From a virus (Duplodnaviria; Heunggongvirae; Uroviricota; Caudoviricetes; Ackermannviridae), in IMG/VR virus record IMGVR_UViG_2974514734_000001, positions 32,683-96,682 of that record: a DNA stretch of 64,000 bases; one strand, written 5' to 3'. A model generated the notes under the pieces. That model did no database searches, had not been told where the DNA came from, and was given only the letters and a program-made list of their open reading frames with translations. Below, in pieces: positions 52,158 to 62,051 of the stretch (position 1 is its first letter; every line of letters begins with the position of its first letter). The translations under genes were made by a program, and so were the position numbers.

Positions 52158-54434
52158 ATGATTAACATCATAAAGCGGGACGGATCTTCTGTCCCCTTTG
52201 ACATTGAAAAACTCCATACCGTTATTGAACGAGCATGTGACGGCCTTGAAGGAGTATCAGTGTCTGAGGTGGAAGCTGCATCGAAGATTCAATTCACCGA
52301 TAACATGAAAACCGAACGCATTCAGGATATCATTATCCAAGCTGCGGCCACCTTAATTTCTGTTGATAAACCCAATTATCAATATGTTGCTGCCCGCCTG
52401 AAGTCGTATGACCTGCGCAAGGTTGTCTATGGTCAGTACAAGCCACCTCATTTGCTGGATATCTTTGCAAAGAACACCAAGCTGGGTGTTTATGACCGCG
52501 AATTCCTCGAACTTTACTCTAAAGAAGAATTCGAAGAACTTAACACAGTCATCAACCACAAACGCGACAAGAATTTCACTTGGGCAGCAATGGGCCAGCT
52601 GACTCAAAAATATCTTTTGCGTGATCGTTCTTCTGACAGCAAAGTGTATTATGAAACCCCTCAAGTCATGTACATGGCAATCGCTATGGCATTATTCTCA
52701 GCTTGGGATAAAGAAAGCAGACTGACAATGGTAAAGAAGTTCTATGAATACGCCAGTACAGGCAAATTCAGTCTTCCAACACCTATTATGTCCGGCGTCC
52801 GCACCCCGACCCGACAGTTCAGCTCTTGTGTATTGATCAAAACTGGTGATACATTGGACTCAATTAATGCCACTGCGAAAAGCATCGTGGATTATGTTTC
52901 CAAACGTGCTGGCATCGGATTCGATGTTGGAGCAATTCGTGGCATCGGTAGCCCTATCCGTAAAGGGGAAATGGTCCATACAGGTCTGGTTCCATTCATC
53001 AAGTATTTGACTGGTGCCCTGAAGTCTTGCTCTCAAGGCGGTATCCGTGGTGGATCGGCAACATGCTATGTTCCCATCTGGCATTATCAATTTGATGATG
53101 TCGTTGTTCTCAAAAACAACCGTGGATTGGAAGAGAACCGTGAACGCCGTATCGACTATGGGATTCAGATTAACCGCGTCATGTTCGAGCGCCTGGTGAA
53201 CAAACAGCCTCTATACCTGTTTGATCCAAAAGACAACCGTGAAATGTATGAAGCATTTTTCGCAGACGTCAATAAATTCCGCGAAATGTACGACAATATG
53301 ATCAAGGCCGCCGACGCCGGATTATGTCGTTCCAAAAAGCTGCAAGCTGAAGAAGTGTTCCAAATGCTACTAGACCAGCGTTCTGACACTGGCCGGATCT
53401 ACATCGCATTCGTTGATCACATGAACGAGTATAGTCCGTTCAATTTGGACACGATTTATAGCTCTAATCTATGTTTAGAAATCGCGCTCCCGACTCGTGA
53501 GTTCCAACAGTATGATGATGAAGATGGTCGCATTGCCCTGTGTACACTCGCATCATTTAACCTGACGGCATTTGAAGATCCAATAGAAATGGAAGATGTT
53601 GCTTTCGTTCTGGTTTCAGCTTTGGATATGTTGTTGGAATATCAGGACTACCCAGCTCGCCAAGCCCGTTTGGCCGTAGAAGAATATCGTCCTCTGGGTA
53701 TCGGTATCGTCAACGTCGCACATTTCCTGGCCAAGAATTTCACGGGTTATGGATCGCCTATCGGATTAGAACTTCTAGACAAGTGGATGGCGCATCTTCA
53801 TTTCTACTTGGTCAAAGCGTCCAACCGTCTGGCCATGCGTTTCGGATCTTGTAAGAAATCAACTATCCATGAATCCGGATTTGTAACAGCCGACCTTCAG
53901 CCTCTCCCGCTGGACATCCTACCCAATGGCAAAAAGCCTGTTGGGCAAGCCTATGGTCTTGACTGGGAAGGACTGAAGCAGAACCTATCCGAGTATGGGA
54001 TCCGTAACGCCACGTTGTTAGCCGTAGCACCAACTGAAAGCTCCTCTCAAGTGCTGAACGCAACGAACGGTATAGAGCCACCAAAAGGTCTCATCAGCAT
54101 CAAAGGCAGCAAGGACGGCGTCTATAAACAGATCGTTCCGGATGTAGAAACCCTTGGTCCTCTATATGACCTGAAATGGAATCTGGATTGTATTGAATAC
54201 CTGAAGACGGCTGCGGTCATACAACGTTGGGTAGATCAATCTATCAGCACCAACACATGGTATGACCCAGAGAAATATCCAGAAGGCAAGATCCCGCGCT
54301 CTCTTATGATGCAGGATATTCTGTCTTTCTACATGTGGGGTGGTAAAACTCTGTATTACAACACAAACAAAGACTCCAAGGAAGACGAGGAGCTGAAACA
54401 AGTTGAAGAAATTTGTGACACCTGTGTTGTTTGA
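52158..54434 (+). CDS. nrdA: ribonucleotide reductase large subunit NrdA (class Ia)
   Basis: ATP-cone MINIIKRDGSSVPFDIEKL; C-terminal CDTC; GAGGA RBS. Confidence 0.9.
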   Translation: MINIIKRDGSSVPFDIEKLHTVIERACDGLEGVSVSEVEAASKIQFTDNMKTERIQDIIIQAAATLISVDKPNYQYVAARLKSYDLRKVVYGQYKPPHLLDIFAKNTKLGVYDREFLELYSKEEFEELNTVINHKRDKNFTWAAMGQLTQKYLLRDRSSDSKVYYETPQVMYMAIAMALFSAWDKESRLTMVKKFYEYASTGKFSLPTPIMSGVRTPTRQFSSCVLIKTGDTLDSINATAKSIVDYVSKRAGIGFDVGAIRGIGSPIRKGEMVHTGLVPFIKYLTGALKSCSQGGIRGGSATCYVPIWHYQFDDVVVLKNNRGLEENRERRIDYGIQINRVMFERLVNKQPLYLFDPKDNREMYEAFFADVNKFREMYDNMIKAADAGLCRSKKLQAEEVFQMLLDQRSDTGRIYIAFVDHMNEYSPFNLDTIYSSNLCLEIALPTREFQQYDDEDGRIALCTLASFNLTAFEDPIEMEDVAFVLVSALDMLLEYQDYPARQARLAVEEYRPLGIGIVNVAHFLAKNFTGYGSPIGLELLDKWMAHLHFYLVKASNRLAMRFGSCKKSTIHESGFVTADLQPLPLDILPNGKKPVGQAYGLDWEGLKQNLSEYGIRNATLLAVAPTESSSQVLNATNGIEPPKGLISIKGSKDGVYKQIVPDVETLGPLYDLKWNLDCIEYLKTAAVIQRWVDQSISTNTWYDPEKYPEGKIPRSLMMQDILSFYMWGGKTLYYNTNKDSKEDEELKQVEEICDTCVV

Positions 54435-54465
54435 TTAGGTCTATACCACACAATCGTTTAATATC

Positions 54466-54490
54466 AGGGGTGATTCTTCACCCCTTATTC
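54466..54490 (+). terminator. hairpin AGGGGTGAttcTTCACCCCT plus TATTCATC
   Basis: 9-bp stem, weak T-run. Confidence 0.4.
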
Positions 54491-54504
54491 ATCAGGAAAG
54501 AAAC

Positions 54505-55608
54505 ATGAACGAACAAAAGCAATTCTCAGTATTCGATCCATCTTCAAATAATACAGAACTGCCATTCTTTGGCGACCCTGTAAGTATCCAGCGTTATGAC
54601 AAAGTGACTTGGCCTTTTGTTCAAAAATGGTATGAAAAAGGCCTCAGCCAATTCTGGCGTCCGGAAGAAGTGGATGTCACCAAAGACAAAGCGGACTTTG
54701 CCACTCTATCCGCTGCGGAACAACACATCTACTTCAGCAACCTGAAACGCCAAACCATGCTGGACTCTATTCAGGGCGCTGCTCCGTTCGAAGCGTTTGG
54801 CCCATGGGCATCAACACCAGAAGCGCAATTTGCTATTCTGGAGTGGACGCGCCAAGAAGCCATCCACTCACTATCTTATACGCATATCCTTCGTAACACA
54901 GTGAATGATCCTGGTATCGTTTTTGACCATGTTCTGGACGTTCAGGAGATCGTCGATTGCGCCGGACAGATCAGCGTATACTACGACGACATGGTGCGTT
55001 ACAGCGGGATGCGTATGGCTGGACGCGCGTTCACCCGTGAAGACATCATGAACGCCAAGCGTGCATTCTGGCGTGCTCTATTTGCCGCCAACTCCCTCGA
55101 AGGCATTCGTTTCTATGTTTCATTTGCGTGTTCTTGGGCATTCATGCAATTCCTCAACAAAATGGAAGGCAACGCTAAAATCATTCGTCAGATTGCTCGT
55201 GATGAGCAAGATCACCTCATCCTGACCCAGACTTTCCTGAACCGTCTGCCACTGATGGACCCTGATTTTGCCATTATTAGAGAAGAACTGCGCGGCGAAA
55301 TGACCCAGATGTATGTCGACGTTGTCAACCAAGAAAAAGAATGGGCGAATTATCTGTTCAAAGACGGCTCAATGCTGGGACTGAATGCAAATATCCTTCA
55401 TCAAATGGTGGACTGGTTGGCAACACATCGTATGGGAGCCATTGGCCACCCATATCCAGGACAAGCCCGTAAAGACAATCCGGTGCCATGGATAAATGAG
55501 TGGCTAGATAATAAAACAATGCAATATGCATTACAGGAAGCGGAAGCCCCTGATTATCTGACTGGTGTCCTTACTGGATCAGTCTCCGACGGTCTGAAAT
55601 TTGCCTAA
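54505..55608 (+). CDS. nrdB: ribonucleotide reductase small subunit NrdB
   Basis: Di-iron R2 motifs (…EAIHS…, …EGIRFYVSFA…). Confidence 0.85.
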   Translation: MNEQKQFSVFDPSSNNTELPFFGDPVSIQRYDKVTWPFVQKWYEKGLSQFWRPEEVDVTKDKADFATLSAAEQHIYFSNLKRQTMLDSIQGAAPFEAFGPWASTPEAQFAILEWTRQEAIHSLSYTHILRNTVNDPGIVFDHVLDVQEIVDCAGQISVYYDDMVRYSGMRMAGRAFTREDIMNAKRAFWRALFAANSLEGIRFYVSFACSWAFMQFLNKMEGNAKIIRQIARDEQDHLILTQTFLNRLPLMDPDFAIIREELRGEMTQMYVDVVNQEKEWANYLFKDGSMLGLNANILHQMVDWLATHRMGAIGHPYPGQARKDNPVPWINEWLDNKTMQYALQEAEAPDYLTGVLTGSVSDGLKFA

Positions 55609-55617
55609 AGGTGAGAA

Positions 55618-55842
55618 ATGATTACGATTTATTCCAAACAAGGTTGTGCGCAATGTTTACAAGCTGAAAACATCTGTCGCATTCGCGGTATTGAACACCA
55701 AATTCTGAAGCTAGACAAAGATTACAAGCTGGAAGAATTACAGAAAATCACTGGTAAGCAACGCATGTCTATGCCCGTGATTGTTCTGGCTGACCAAACC
55801 GTGACCGACGTTACTGGACTCGCCGCAAGTTTGAAACGCTGA
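55618..55842 (+). CDS. glutaredoxin/NrdH-like redoxin
   Basis: CAQC active site, thioredoxin-fold size. Confidence 0.6.
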   Translation: MITIYSKQGCAQCLQAENICRIRGIEHQILKLDKDYKLEELQKITGKQRMSMPVIVLADQTVTDVTGLAASLKR

Positions 55843-55847
55843 TCTTT

Positions 55848-55897
55848 CAAAGCCCCTCATTGAGGGGCTTTACTTTTGAAACCTTTCCGCCTATACT
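55848..55897 (+). promoter_or_regulatory. PeSL-like cassette: terminator AAAGCCCCTCattgAGGGGCTTT, then early promoter CTTTAC (55868-55873), 18 bp, TATACT (55892-55897)
   Basis: Read directly. Confidence 0.6.
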
Positions 55898-55947
55898 TCC
55901 CAGTAATTCATTGGCAAACGCCACAAATTGAAAGCGGGTACTACATC

Positions 55948-56181
55948 ATGACCAACTCTGAAATATATCATGCTTCTATGCATTATCACGACCTACGCGC
56001 CCGTCCAGGACACGCCAAACAAAAAGCATTCTGGGTGGCAGAACTCAGATTACGCCGTGCTGTCGTTAACCACCAAATAATCATGAATCGGAAAAACGAC
56101 AAATCACCGTTGTTGGCAGATTCTTATCTTGAACTCCGCACAGCCTATGAACAAGCCAAACAGCACGTAATAGGAGCATAA
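55948..56181 (+). CDS. hypothetical protein (77 aa)
   Basis: ATG downstream of the cassette promoter (the track uses an upstream non-ATG start). Confidence 0.4.
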   Translation: MTNSEIYHASMHYHDLRARPGHAKQKAFWVAELRLRRAVVNHQIIMNRKNDKSPLLADSYLELRTAYEQAKQHVIGA

Positions 56182-56182
56182 T

Positions 56183-56644
56183 ATGTCTAACAAATTACTC
56201 ACCAACCCCCGCCACAACTTTGGTTATATCCAATTACCAGAAGTGATAGACACGTTGTTTGCTGAAGACAAGGAAGAAGTTTGTTGGGCACCAGCGACCC
56301 TTATTGAACGCGAAATTTTCAAATCTGAAGTAGACGTGATGTTCCGCATCGGTTCATCCGGAGACCTCCATTATTTGGGGAAAGTGACCGAGTTAAAGAC
56401 ATGCCATGCTCAAAGATTTTTGCGCATTGACACCACTCAATGTGAAGACTTTTCATTCAGCATTCTGCGTGAATATGTTCAGGTCAACCGTCCTGTGTAT
56501 CAACACCGTCCTTATTTGACGTCGATGCATATAGACAATTATATTTCAGATATCCACTTGCGCGCCTCAACCATACATGAAGAGGATTCTGGTGTCGCGG
56601 TTGATACGGTACTCAACATGATTGTGATTACGTTGGTGCCATGA
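56183..56644 (+). CDS. hypothetical protein (153 aa)
   Basis: ORF. Confidence 0.4.
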   Translation: MSNKLLTNPRHNFGYIQLPEVIDTLFAEDKEEVCWAPATLIEREIFKSEVDVMFRIGSSGDLHYLGKVTELKTCHAQRFLRIDTTQCEDFSFSILREYVQVNRPVYQHRPYLTSMHIDNYISDIHLRASTIHEEDSGVAVDTVLNMIVITLVP

Positions 56645-56645
56645 T

Positions 56646-56984
56646 ATGTATAAATTCCCGATATTAGAGACGGTGTATTCCGTCAATAACAAAGAAGAAC
56701 CTTTATTTGAAAATTTAGATACCCTGTTAAAGGAAAGCGCACATGTTCCTCTTGTCCTCAAAGGGAAAGAAATAGGGTACAGCCATGACTGTCAAATAAT
56801 GCGTTCTGAAGGCAGTGATATCCTTCGCATTCGTTTAACATTTGTGTTGACGGGGAGACTAGATGGTATGGTGGTTAACCTAAAGCCAACCACCATAGCC
56901 CATAGAATAGGTGGGAAATTACTGTACCGTTTACTGACGCATTTTGAAATAATTACCAACCGCTCCAATACCAACGCACCTTAA
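56646..56984 (+). CDS. hypothetical protein (112 aa)
   Basis: ORF; convergent with the gp25-like gene. Confidence 0.4.
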   Translation: MYKFPILETVYSVNNKEEPLFENLDTLLKESAHVPLVLKGKEIGYSHDCQIMRSEGSDILRIRLTFVLTGRLDGMVVNLKPTTIAHRIGGKLLYRLLTHFEIITNRSNTNAP

Positions 56985-57365
56985 TCAGTTTGTGCGTTTT
57001 AACCATATGGTGTCTGTTATCGGCTCTGGGTTGTTGACCACATAGAACGTGATGGTTACGCCCAGAGAATGATAATCGTCCGACAATGATACATCAACAG
57101 ATTGCAATTCAGCTCTTGGCTCAAAAAGAGCAATGGCATCTTCAACTTTGTTCTTCACGTCGACCTGTATCGTGGGATTTGTGTTTTCCCCCAACATGGT
57201 ATACAACCCTGCCCCAATACTCGGATATGTCGGCCAATCACCTACTGTAGACATCACGATATTTCGCACAGATTGTAGTACAGCATAAATGCCTGTTTTC
57301 TTAGTGACATCTTTGGTGACCGGATGCATGCCAAACTTCAGGTCAATGTCCTTGTACTCTTTCAT
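56985..57365 (-). CDS. 25: baseplate wedge protein gp25-like (GPW/lysozyme-like fold)
   Basis: MKEYKDIDLKF… resembles T4 gp25 …LYSDIDPEM…; AAGGGG RBS before this ATG (the track ORF extends to 57398). Confidence 0.55.
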   Translation of the reverse strand: MKEYKDIDLKFGMHPVTKDVTKKTGIYAVLQSVRNIVMSTVGDWPTYPSIGAGLYTMLGENTNPTIQVDVKNKVEDAIALFEPRAELQSVDVSLSDDYHSLGVTITFYVVNNPEPITDTIWLKRTN

Positions 57366-57429
57366 GTTAAACCCCTTTGGATATTGCCTCTCCAGCACGA
57401 GAGGGCATTATCTGCCCTCACCAGTGTAA

Positions 57430-59055
57430 TCATGCGCCTTTACCACCAAAATTGCCACCGTTATCCTCTAACTCCGGTTTTATATCAATTGGACCTGGGC
57501 CTGTAGTTGTTACAGGAGTTGCCCCCGCACGTGAGGCGGCGCGACCAGCGCCTTCAGCATATTTGATGTTGCCTTCAATAGTCTGTGCGACCGATAATTT
57601 ATCGCAAATTATTTCAGTTGCCAGTATCTTAGGAACCTTCAAAGTGTTAGACACTTCAAACATTTCACAGATGAGACGCAACACGTTCTGTGCCTGTATC
57701 TCAGCCAATTGGGAAAATTTCATCAACGCTGTTCCAGCGACCACATTGGAATAGTTAGAAGAGTGTAAGTGATAAACTTCTCCTGTCTTGCGCTGTACTT
57801 CAGTCCCACCAATTGTCAGGTTATGATCACGCCCCACATAATAACGTTTGTCGAACATCGTCAGGTCATAATGATCTTTGACTGATTTATTAACAACATC
57901 ACCGTCAGGAAGCATTTGCTTGTAAGAACCAGAAGAGTGCATCCAATGCAAACGTTCCCCGCCTGGAGTGTCATCGACCTCCATAATATGCCCAGCGCGA
58001 GAAGCCATAACATTGTTGTATGGATAACGAGACCCCCCAGCCGAAGGAACCGATACCTCTCCTGTGTTGTCAATATCCTGAACACGACCAGAAGGAGGCG
58101 GTGTTTCTTGGACTTTCGGGGTACGATCTGGAATGGGTTCAGACCATTTACCGTTTTGTTGTGCCGGAGCTGCTGAAGCTGTAGTTGCTGGACCTGGCCA
58201 ACGATAACCCAACACGGATGAGCGGCTAAAACGGCTCACCTTCACAGAATCGGATTGGTTTCCCCCGATACACCAAACGTAGTTGGCGTCAAATTTCTGA
58301 ACGAATGCAACGTGACCAAATGTCGGGTTGTTCCCGCGCCGGAACACTACAACAGCGCCATAACGTGGTTCTGACAGAGGAGATCCCCATTGTAGATATG
58401 AGCGAGCCAAAGCAGAACGTGTTGATGTATATCCGGCCTGTATCAGAACCCATCCAACAAACGACGCACACCAACTAACTTCATCTTCTGAAGCCCCCAG
58501 GGAAGTTGTCTTATGATATTCCAATATCCTTGGGTTGTTATTGAACTTACCAGAATATTCTTTGACGCCCAATTCCCCACGAGCCACGGTCATCCACTTC
58601 TCAGGATCATAACCGTCTACTGGTGGTTGTGGATCCGGTTGCGGTTCATCCTCAATCTTAACAGGAACATTCTCGACGGCATTATACTTCTGCCTTTCTA
58701 TAGATTGAACGACCTGACCCAGCGCCAATGGGTTTGTATCTGACCCATCTGTTGGTGTTGCTGCTGGCCATACCCATGCAATACGGATGTTCTGATATGC
58801 TTCATCCAAAGCAAACCCCATAACGTCAGATCCGACAGTGATACCCGTCGGAGACCAGCCTAAACCTGCCGAGGAGGCGTTAGATGCTGGCATAAGCATT
58901 TTACCCCAAGGCAATAATTCGGTAGGCAGGAGAGTGGTATCCTCCGTGTGTACCCCATAGATGCGTACTGCGACGCGCCCGTTTTGATCGGGATCATTCA
59001 CGTCTTCAACGCGCCCGTAAAACCAACGCAAGTTGTCTAACATATTGAAACCCAT
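57430..59055 (-). CDS. 5: baseplate hub / tail spike gp5 with a CHAP/NlpC-P60-type cysteine peptidase domain in place of T4's lysozyme
   Basis: N-terminus …LRWFYGRVEDVNDPDQNGRVAVRIYGVHT…LPW resembles T4 gp5 LNWFVGVVEDVMDPSLIGRVRVRVHGLHT…LPW; mid-region SWCASFVGWV … GHVAFV (Cys/His CHAP signature). Confidence 0.75.
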   Translation of the reverse strand: MGFNMLDNLRWFYGRVEDVNDPDQNGRVAVRIYGVHTEDTTLLPTELLPWGKMLMPASNASSAGLGWSPTGITVGSDVMGFALDEAYQNIRIAWVWPAATPTDGSDTNPLALGQVVQSIERQKYNAVENVPVKIEDEPQPDPQPPVDGYDPEKWMTVARGELGVKEYSGKFNNNPRILEYHKTTSLGASEDEVSWCASFVGWVLIQAGYTSTRSALARSYLQWGSPLSEPRYGAVVVFRRGNNPTFGHVAFVQKFDANYVWCIGGNQSDSVKVSRFSRSSVLGYRWPGPATTASAAPAQQNGKWSEPIPDRTPKVQETPPPSGRVQDIDNTGEVSVPSAGGSRYPYNNVMASRAGHIMEVDDTPGGERLHWMHSSGSYKQMLPDGDVVNKSVKDHYDLTMFDKRYYVGRDHNLTIGGTEVQRKTGEVYHLHSSNYSNVVAGTALMKFSQLAEIQAQNVLRLICEMFEVSNTLKVPKILATEIICDKLSVAQTIEGNIKYAEGAGRAASRAGATPVTTTGPGPIDIKPELEDNGGNFGGKGA

Positions 59056-59384
59056 TAGTCAATTAGAATCATGTGATATTTATGGCGGGGATTTGAAATC
59101 TGTCGAATAATATATTATAGGAAGCTCTGCTTCCGTTCAACCTTTATTCTTTTCGTTCCTACTCGCTGAAGCTCGTAACACCGCCCTGACAGGCAGTCCC
59201 ATTCCAATGCCATGGAGGCATAAAGGCGAGGAAAATACTGTACACCTCAGAATATGCGTAGAAAAGCATTATTTTTGTTTCAAAACAAATTCAAAACAGA
59301 TTTACACAACATTCATATCAGGAACAATGGTGTTATAGCAATTTCGGGTTAAACAATCCTTTCTTAAACGGTAATACAGGTAAG

Positions 59385-59412
59385 CAAAGAAAACCCCACA
59401 TTACGTGGGGTT
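59385..59412 (-). terminator. hairpin CCCCACattaCGTGGGG with T-run on the minus strand (TTTTCTTTG)
   Basis: Would terminate leftward transcription from the 59562-60365 gene. Confidence 0.4.
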
Positions 59413-59561
59413 GGAAGATTTCTTAGACAATCTAATTTTCAGTGTCTCGGTAAGCAAATCAAGATGCCACGGCATCGATTCACTGATTTCAAATATGCTA
59501 TAGCCGTGTGCCTTTAATTCGTCACACATCACAAAGTAGGAGAGTAAATCAATTTCAAAAA

Positions 59562-60365
59562 TTAAATGAAAATTTCAGTGACACTGTTAAATTTGACTTC
59601 ATGTTCTTTCCCACACGAAGGACATTTAATTTTCGTCGCGTAACGGATACGAGGAATCTTTTTAAAGAAATCGTCGGATATATCTTGAACAATCTCAGAT
59701 TCAATATTTTCCCCCACCCATTTAACAAATTCATCTTTGACGCGTTGACGTTCTTTAGCAACATCAGGTGCTATGCCAGGCTCTGCCGGATTCTCTACTT
59801 TCCAAACCTGACCATCATCGTCATACAAACAATCAATAAATGTCGCGATCATTTGCTCCACAGATGATGCTTCGTTGAGCACTGAGGCGTCCGAGAAGGA
59901 CGGTTGACGCATCTTGATGTGATAGCCACCAGGGAGGTCAAATGTTTCCCTGAAGCCTTCTGGGGACACGCATTTCACTTGGTTGAGGGGGATCGGTAAA
60001 ACAAGTTCTTGACCACATTCTTTAAGGCCAGAAACTGGTTCTTCACCTTCATTTGTGTCGGATGGAACTTTGTTGTTACATTTGTATCGTATCTTCATGA
60101 CCTCGCCGATAGATATACAGCGCATCTTTAAAAATACTTCTTCAGTAACACCGATTGGCAGTTTACTAAAGGGAACCCCAGCGTCAACACAACTATCAAA
60201 CAGTTGCTCCAGCGTCGCCACACGTTCACTCATAGGAGTGTTCGGATCAGCAACCTGAAGTAACATGGTCTGTTGCCCTGCTGTGAAAGCGCGGTATTTA
60301 ATCACCGTCGGCCAGAAATCACTTTTGTGTGTTCTCTCAGTTTTGGGCAATGATGGTAAATTCAT
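59562..60365 (-). CDS. putative late structural (baseplate-region) protein, 267 aa, C-terminal CPSCGKEH
   Basis: Minus strand, GGAGA RBS, exact late promoter upstream; occupies the position upstream of gp5 (T4: gene 53). Confidence 0.35.
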   Translation of the reverse strand: MNLPSLPKTERTHKSDFWPTVIKYRAFTAGQQTMLLQVADPNTPMSERVATLEQLFDSCVDAGVPFSKLPIGVTEEVFLKMRCISIGEVMKIRYKCNNKVPSDTNEGEEPVSGLKECGQELVLPIPLNQVKCVSPEGFRETFDLPGGYHIKMRQPSFSDASVLNEASSVEQMIATFIDCLYDDDGQVWKVENPAEPGIAPDVAKERQRVKDEFVKWVGENIESEIVQDISDDFFKKIPRIRYATKIKCPSCGKEHEVKFNSVTEIFI

Positions 60366-60403
60366 AATGTATCTCCACGGTATATTGTAACCATATTTAT
60401 AAT

Positions 60404-60411
60404 GAGGACCG
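60404..60411 (-). promoter_or_regulatory. T4 late promoter TATAAATA (minus strand) 38 nt upstream of the 59562-60365 gene start
   Basis: Plus strand TATTTATA, i.e. TATAAATA on the minus strand, then GGAGA RBS then ATG. Confidence 0.55.
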
Positions 60412-60414
60412 AAA

Positions 60415-60939
60415 ATGCACGCGTTCTGTTTCAGTAAAGTTGGAGAACAACTTACCATTAATTATCCGGATACAAATACGGATTTCTTTGTATTGCTAAC
60501 GGATTTCGCAAATAAATTGGGGATCAAGAATATCGCCATGACTGTGGACGATATGAAATTTGGTCGTCTGGGTGTAAAAGATTTATTGAATTACGGATTC
60601 AACGTAATCATCGTCGATCAGACATACAGCCCAATTGACGAGGAAGATGTTATTCCAGTTTGGGTTCAACGAGACATAAACACTCTGGATAAGCATTATC
60701 CCGATTGTGTCATCATTGGCGAATTAATACCATATTTTCATAAACGTCGTCGGCTTGAATCAATTAAAAGTTATTTTCAAGATAGCGATGACGGATATAA
60801 AATGGATGTCCTTACGAGCGGTTGGGTTGTGAAGAATACCACAGGCAATGCCGACCGAATTACTTCCCGTCTTTATGAATATGTTAAAGAACGGGATTAT
60901 GAACTGGAGAACAATAATGCCAAACGTAGAACGCGCTGA
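60415..60939 (+). CDS. hypothetical protein (174 aa), divergent from the minus-strand late gene
   Basis: GAGGA RBS. Confidence 0.45.
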   Translation: MHAFCFSKVGEQLTINYPDTNTDFFVLLTDFANKLGIKNIAMTVDDMKFGRLGVKDLLNYGFNVIIVDQTYSPIDEEDVIPVWVQRDINTLDKHYPDCVIIGELIPYFHKRRRLESIKSYFQDSDDGYKMDVLTSGWVVKNTTGNADRITSRLYEYVKERDYELENNNAKRRTR

Positions 60940-61402
60940 TATTCAGCAGGTACAAGACGTCATCCTTCAACGCCTCCGCGCTGTGATCACAAATGAAAAG
61001 GGAGAAATTGCGCCAGGGTTTGAAGGCGCATTCGACGGTTTCGTTGCTGATGATCAGGGGAACCCCGTTGTACAAACGATCGCTGGCATGATTATGCTGA
61101 ATAGCGAATTTATGGCTGATGGTAAAATCCATTATTCTCCCAATCTCAGTGTTGACGGAGAATCTTTGGCTTCCGAAGTGGTTGATTTAACGGTTGCCGT
61201 TGGTGAGTTGGGTTATGTTTTGATGGTTTGCACCGCGCATTATGTGGACGCCAACGGCCATGTGTCATATGGTGATGAAGCGCGGGGGATCAAACGTCAT
61301 GTAGATACTGCTGCAGTTCTGCAGCAGATCCGTCAGATGCAAGAAGAAATGGACTCCAAACCTCGTCTGATTTTGCCAGATAGTAAAATCGTGACAAGAT
61401 AA
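60917..61402 (+). CDS. hypothetical protein (161 aa)
   Basis: GGAGAA RBS; overlaps the previous gene. Confidence 0.4.
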   Translation: MPNVERADIQQVQDVILQRLRAVITNEKGEIAPGFEGAFDGFVADDQGNPVVQTIAGMIMLNSEFMADGKIHYSPNLSVDGESLASEVVDLTVAVGELGYVLMVCTAHYVDANGHVSYGDEARGIKRHVDTAAVLQQIRQMQEEMDSKPRLILPDSKIVTR

Positions 61403-61451
61403 TCCGGTCTAAATACCCATAACACAATGAAACTTCGTTATGGGTATTTTT

Positions 61452-62051
61452 ATGAAATTTTGCGGAATCGACTATTCTTATGGCTGTCCTGCCATGTGCT
61501 TCTGGGATGATAAAGATCCTTTGGATTTTGACCATCTTCATTTCTATGCGCATCATACTGTAGAAAAACATTGTCGTCAGGTACGGCATAACATCCTCAT
61601 TTTACGCCAGCCGAAATATGAATCCCCAGAAGAACGCTTCTACAATATCTCCAAATGGGCCGAAGCTGTTCTTCTAACCGAGAAGCCTGATTTCATCACC
61701 CTTGAGGGGTACGCAATGGGCAACTCGAAGAATTCCAATAACATATGCCAGACTGCTGAAAATACATCTTTATTGAAGCAAGCAATGCGCCGGAATAATA
61801 TGGAATTCCAGATCGTCACTCCTTCTTTCGTTAAAAAGCATTTCTGTGGTAAAGGAAACGCCGATAAATTGGTAATGATCGATCATTTCGAGAAGCTGTT
61901 CAACGTTAAGATGCGTGGTATAATGGACATGTTGGACGTGAAGGATCCAAAGCCTATCGATGATCTTGTAGACTCATTCGCAAACATGGTGTCTGGACCT
62001 TACTTCATAGAAAATTATCCCGATTTCAATAGAGGTGTAAGAAATGATTAA
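61452..62051 (+). CDS. possible RuvC-like Holliday junction resolvase
   Basis: N-terminal MKFCGIDYS (GID-x-S Asp), ITLEGYA (Glu), C-terminal …IDDLVDSFANMV resembling RuvC DAADALAIA. Confidence 0.35.
   Translation: MKFCGIDYSYGCPAMCFWDDKDPLDFDHLHFYAHHTVEKHCRQVRHNILILRQPKYESPEERFYNISKWAEAVLLTEKPDFITLEGYAMGNSKNSNNICQTAENTSLLKQAMRRNNMEFQIVTPSFVKKHFCGKGNADKLVMIDHFEKLFNVKMRGIMDMLDVKDPKPIDDLVDSFANMVSGPYFIENYPDFNRGVRND

Noticed and set aside
56985-57398. Full 137-aa ORF as the gp25-like protein
   Set aside because: An internal ATG at 57365 has a good AAGGGG RBS and aligns with the T4 gp25 N-terminus, so the shorter 127-aa form is preferred. The longer ORF is not excluded.
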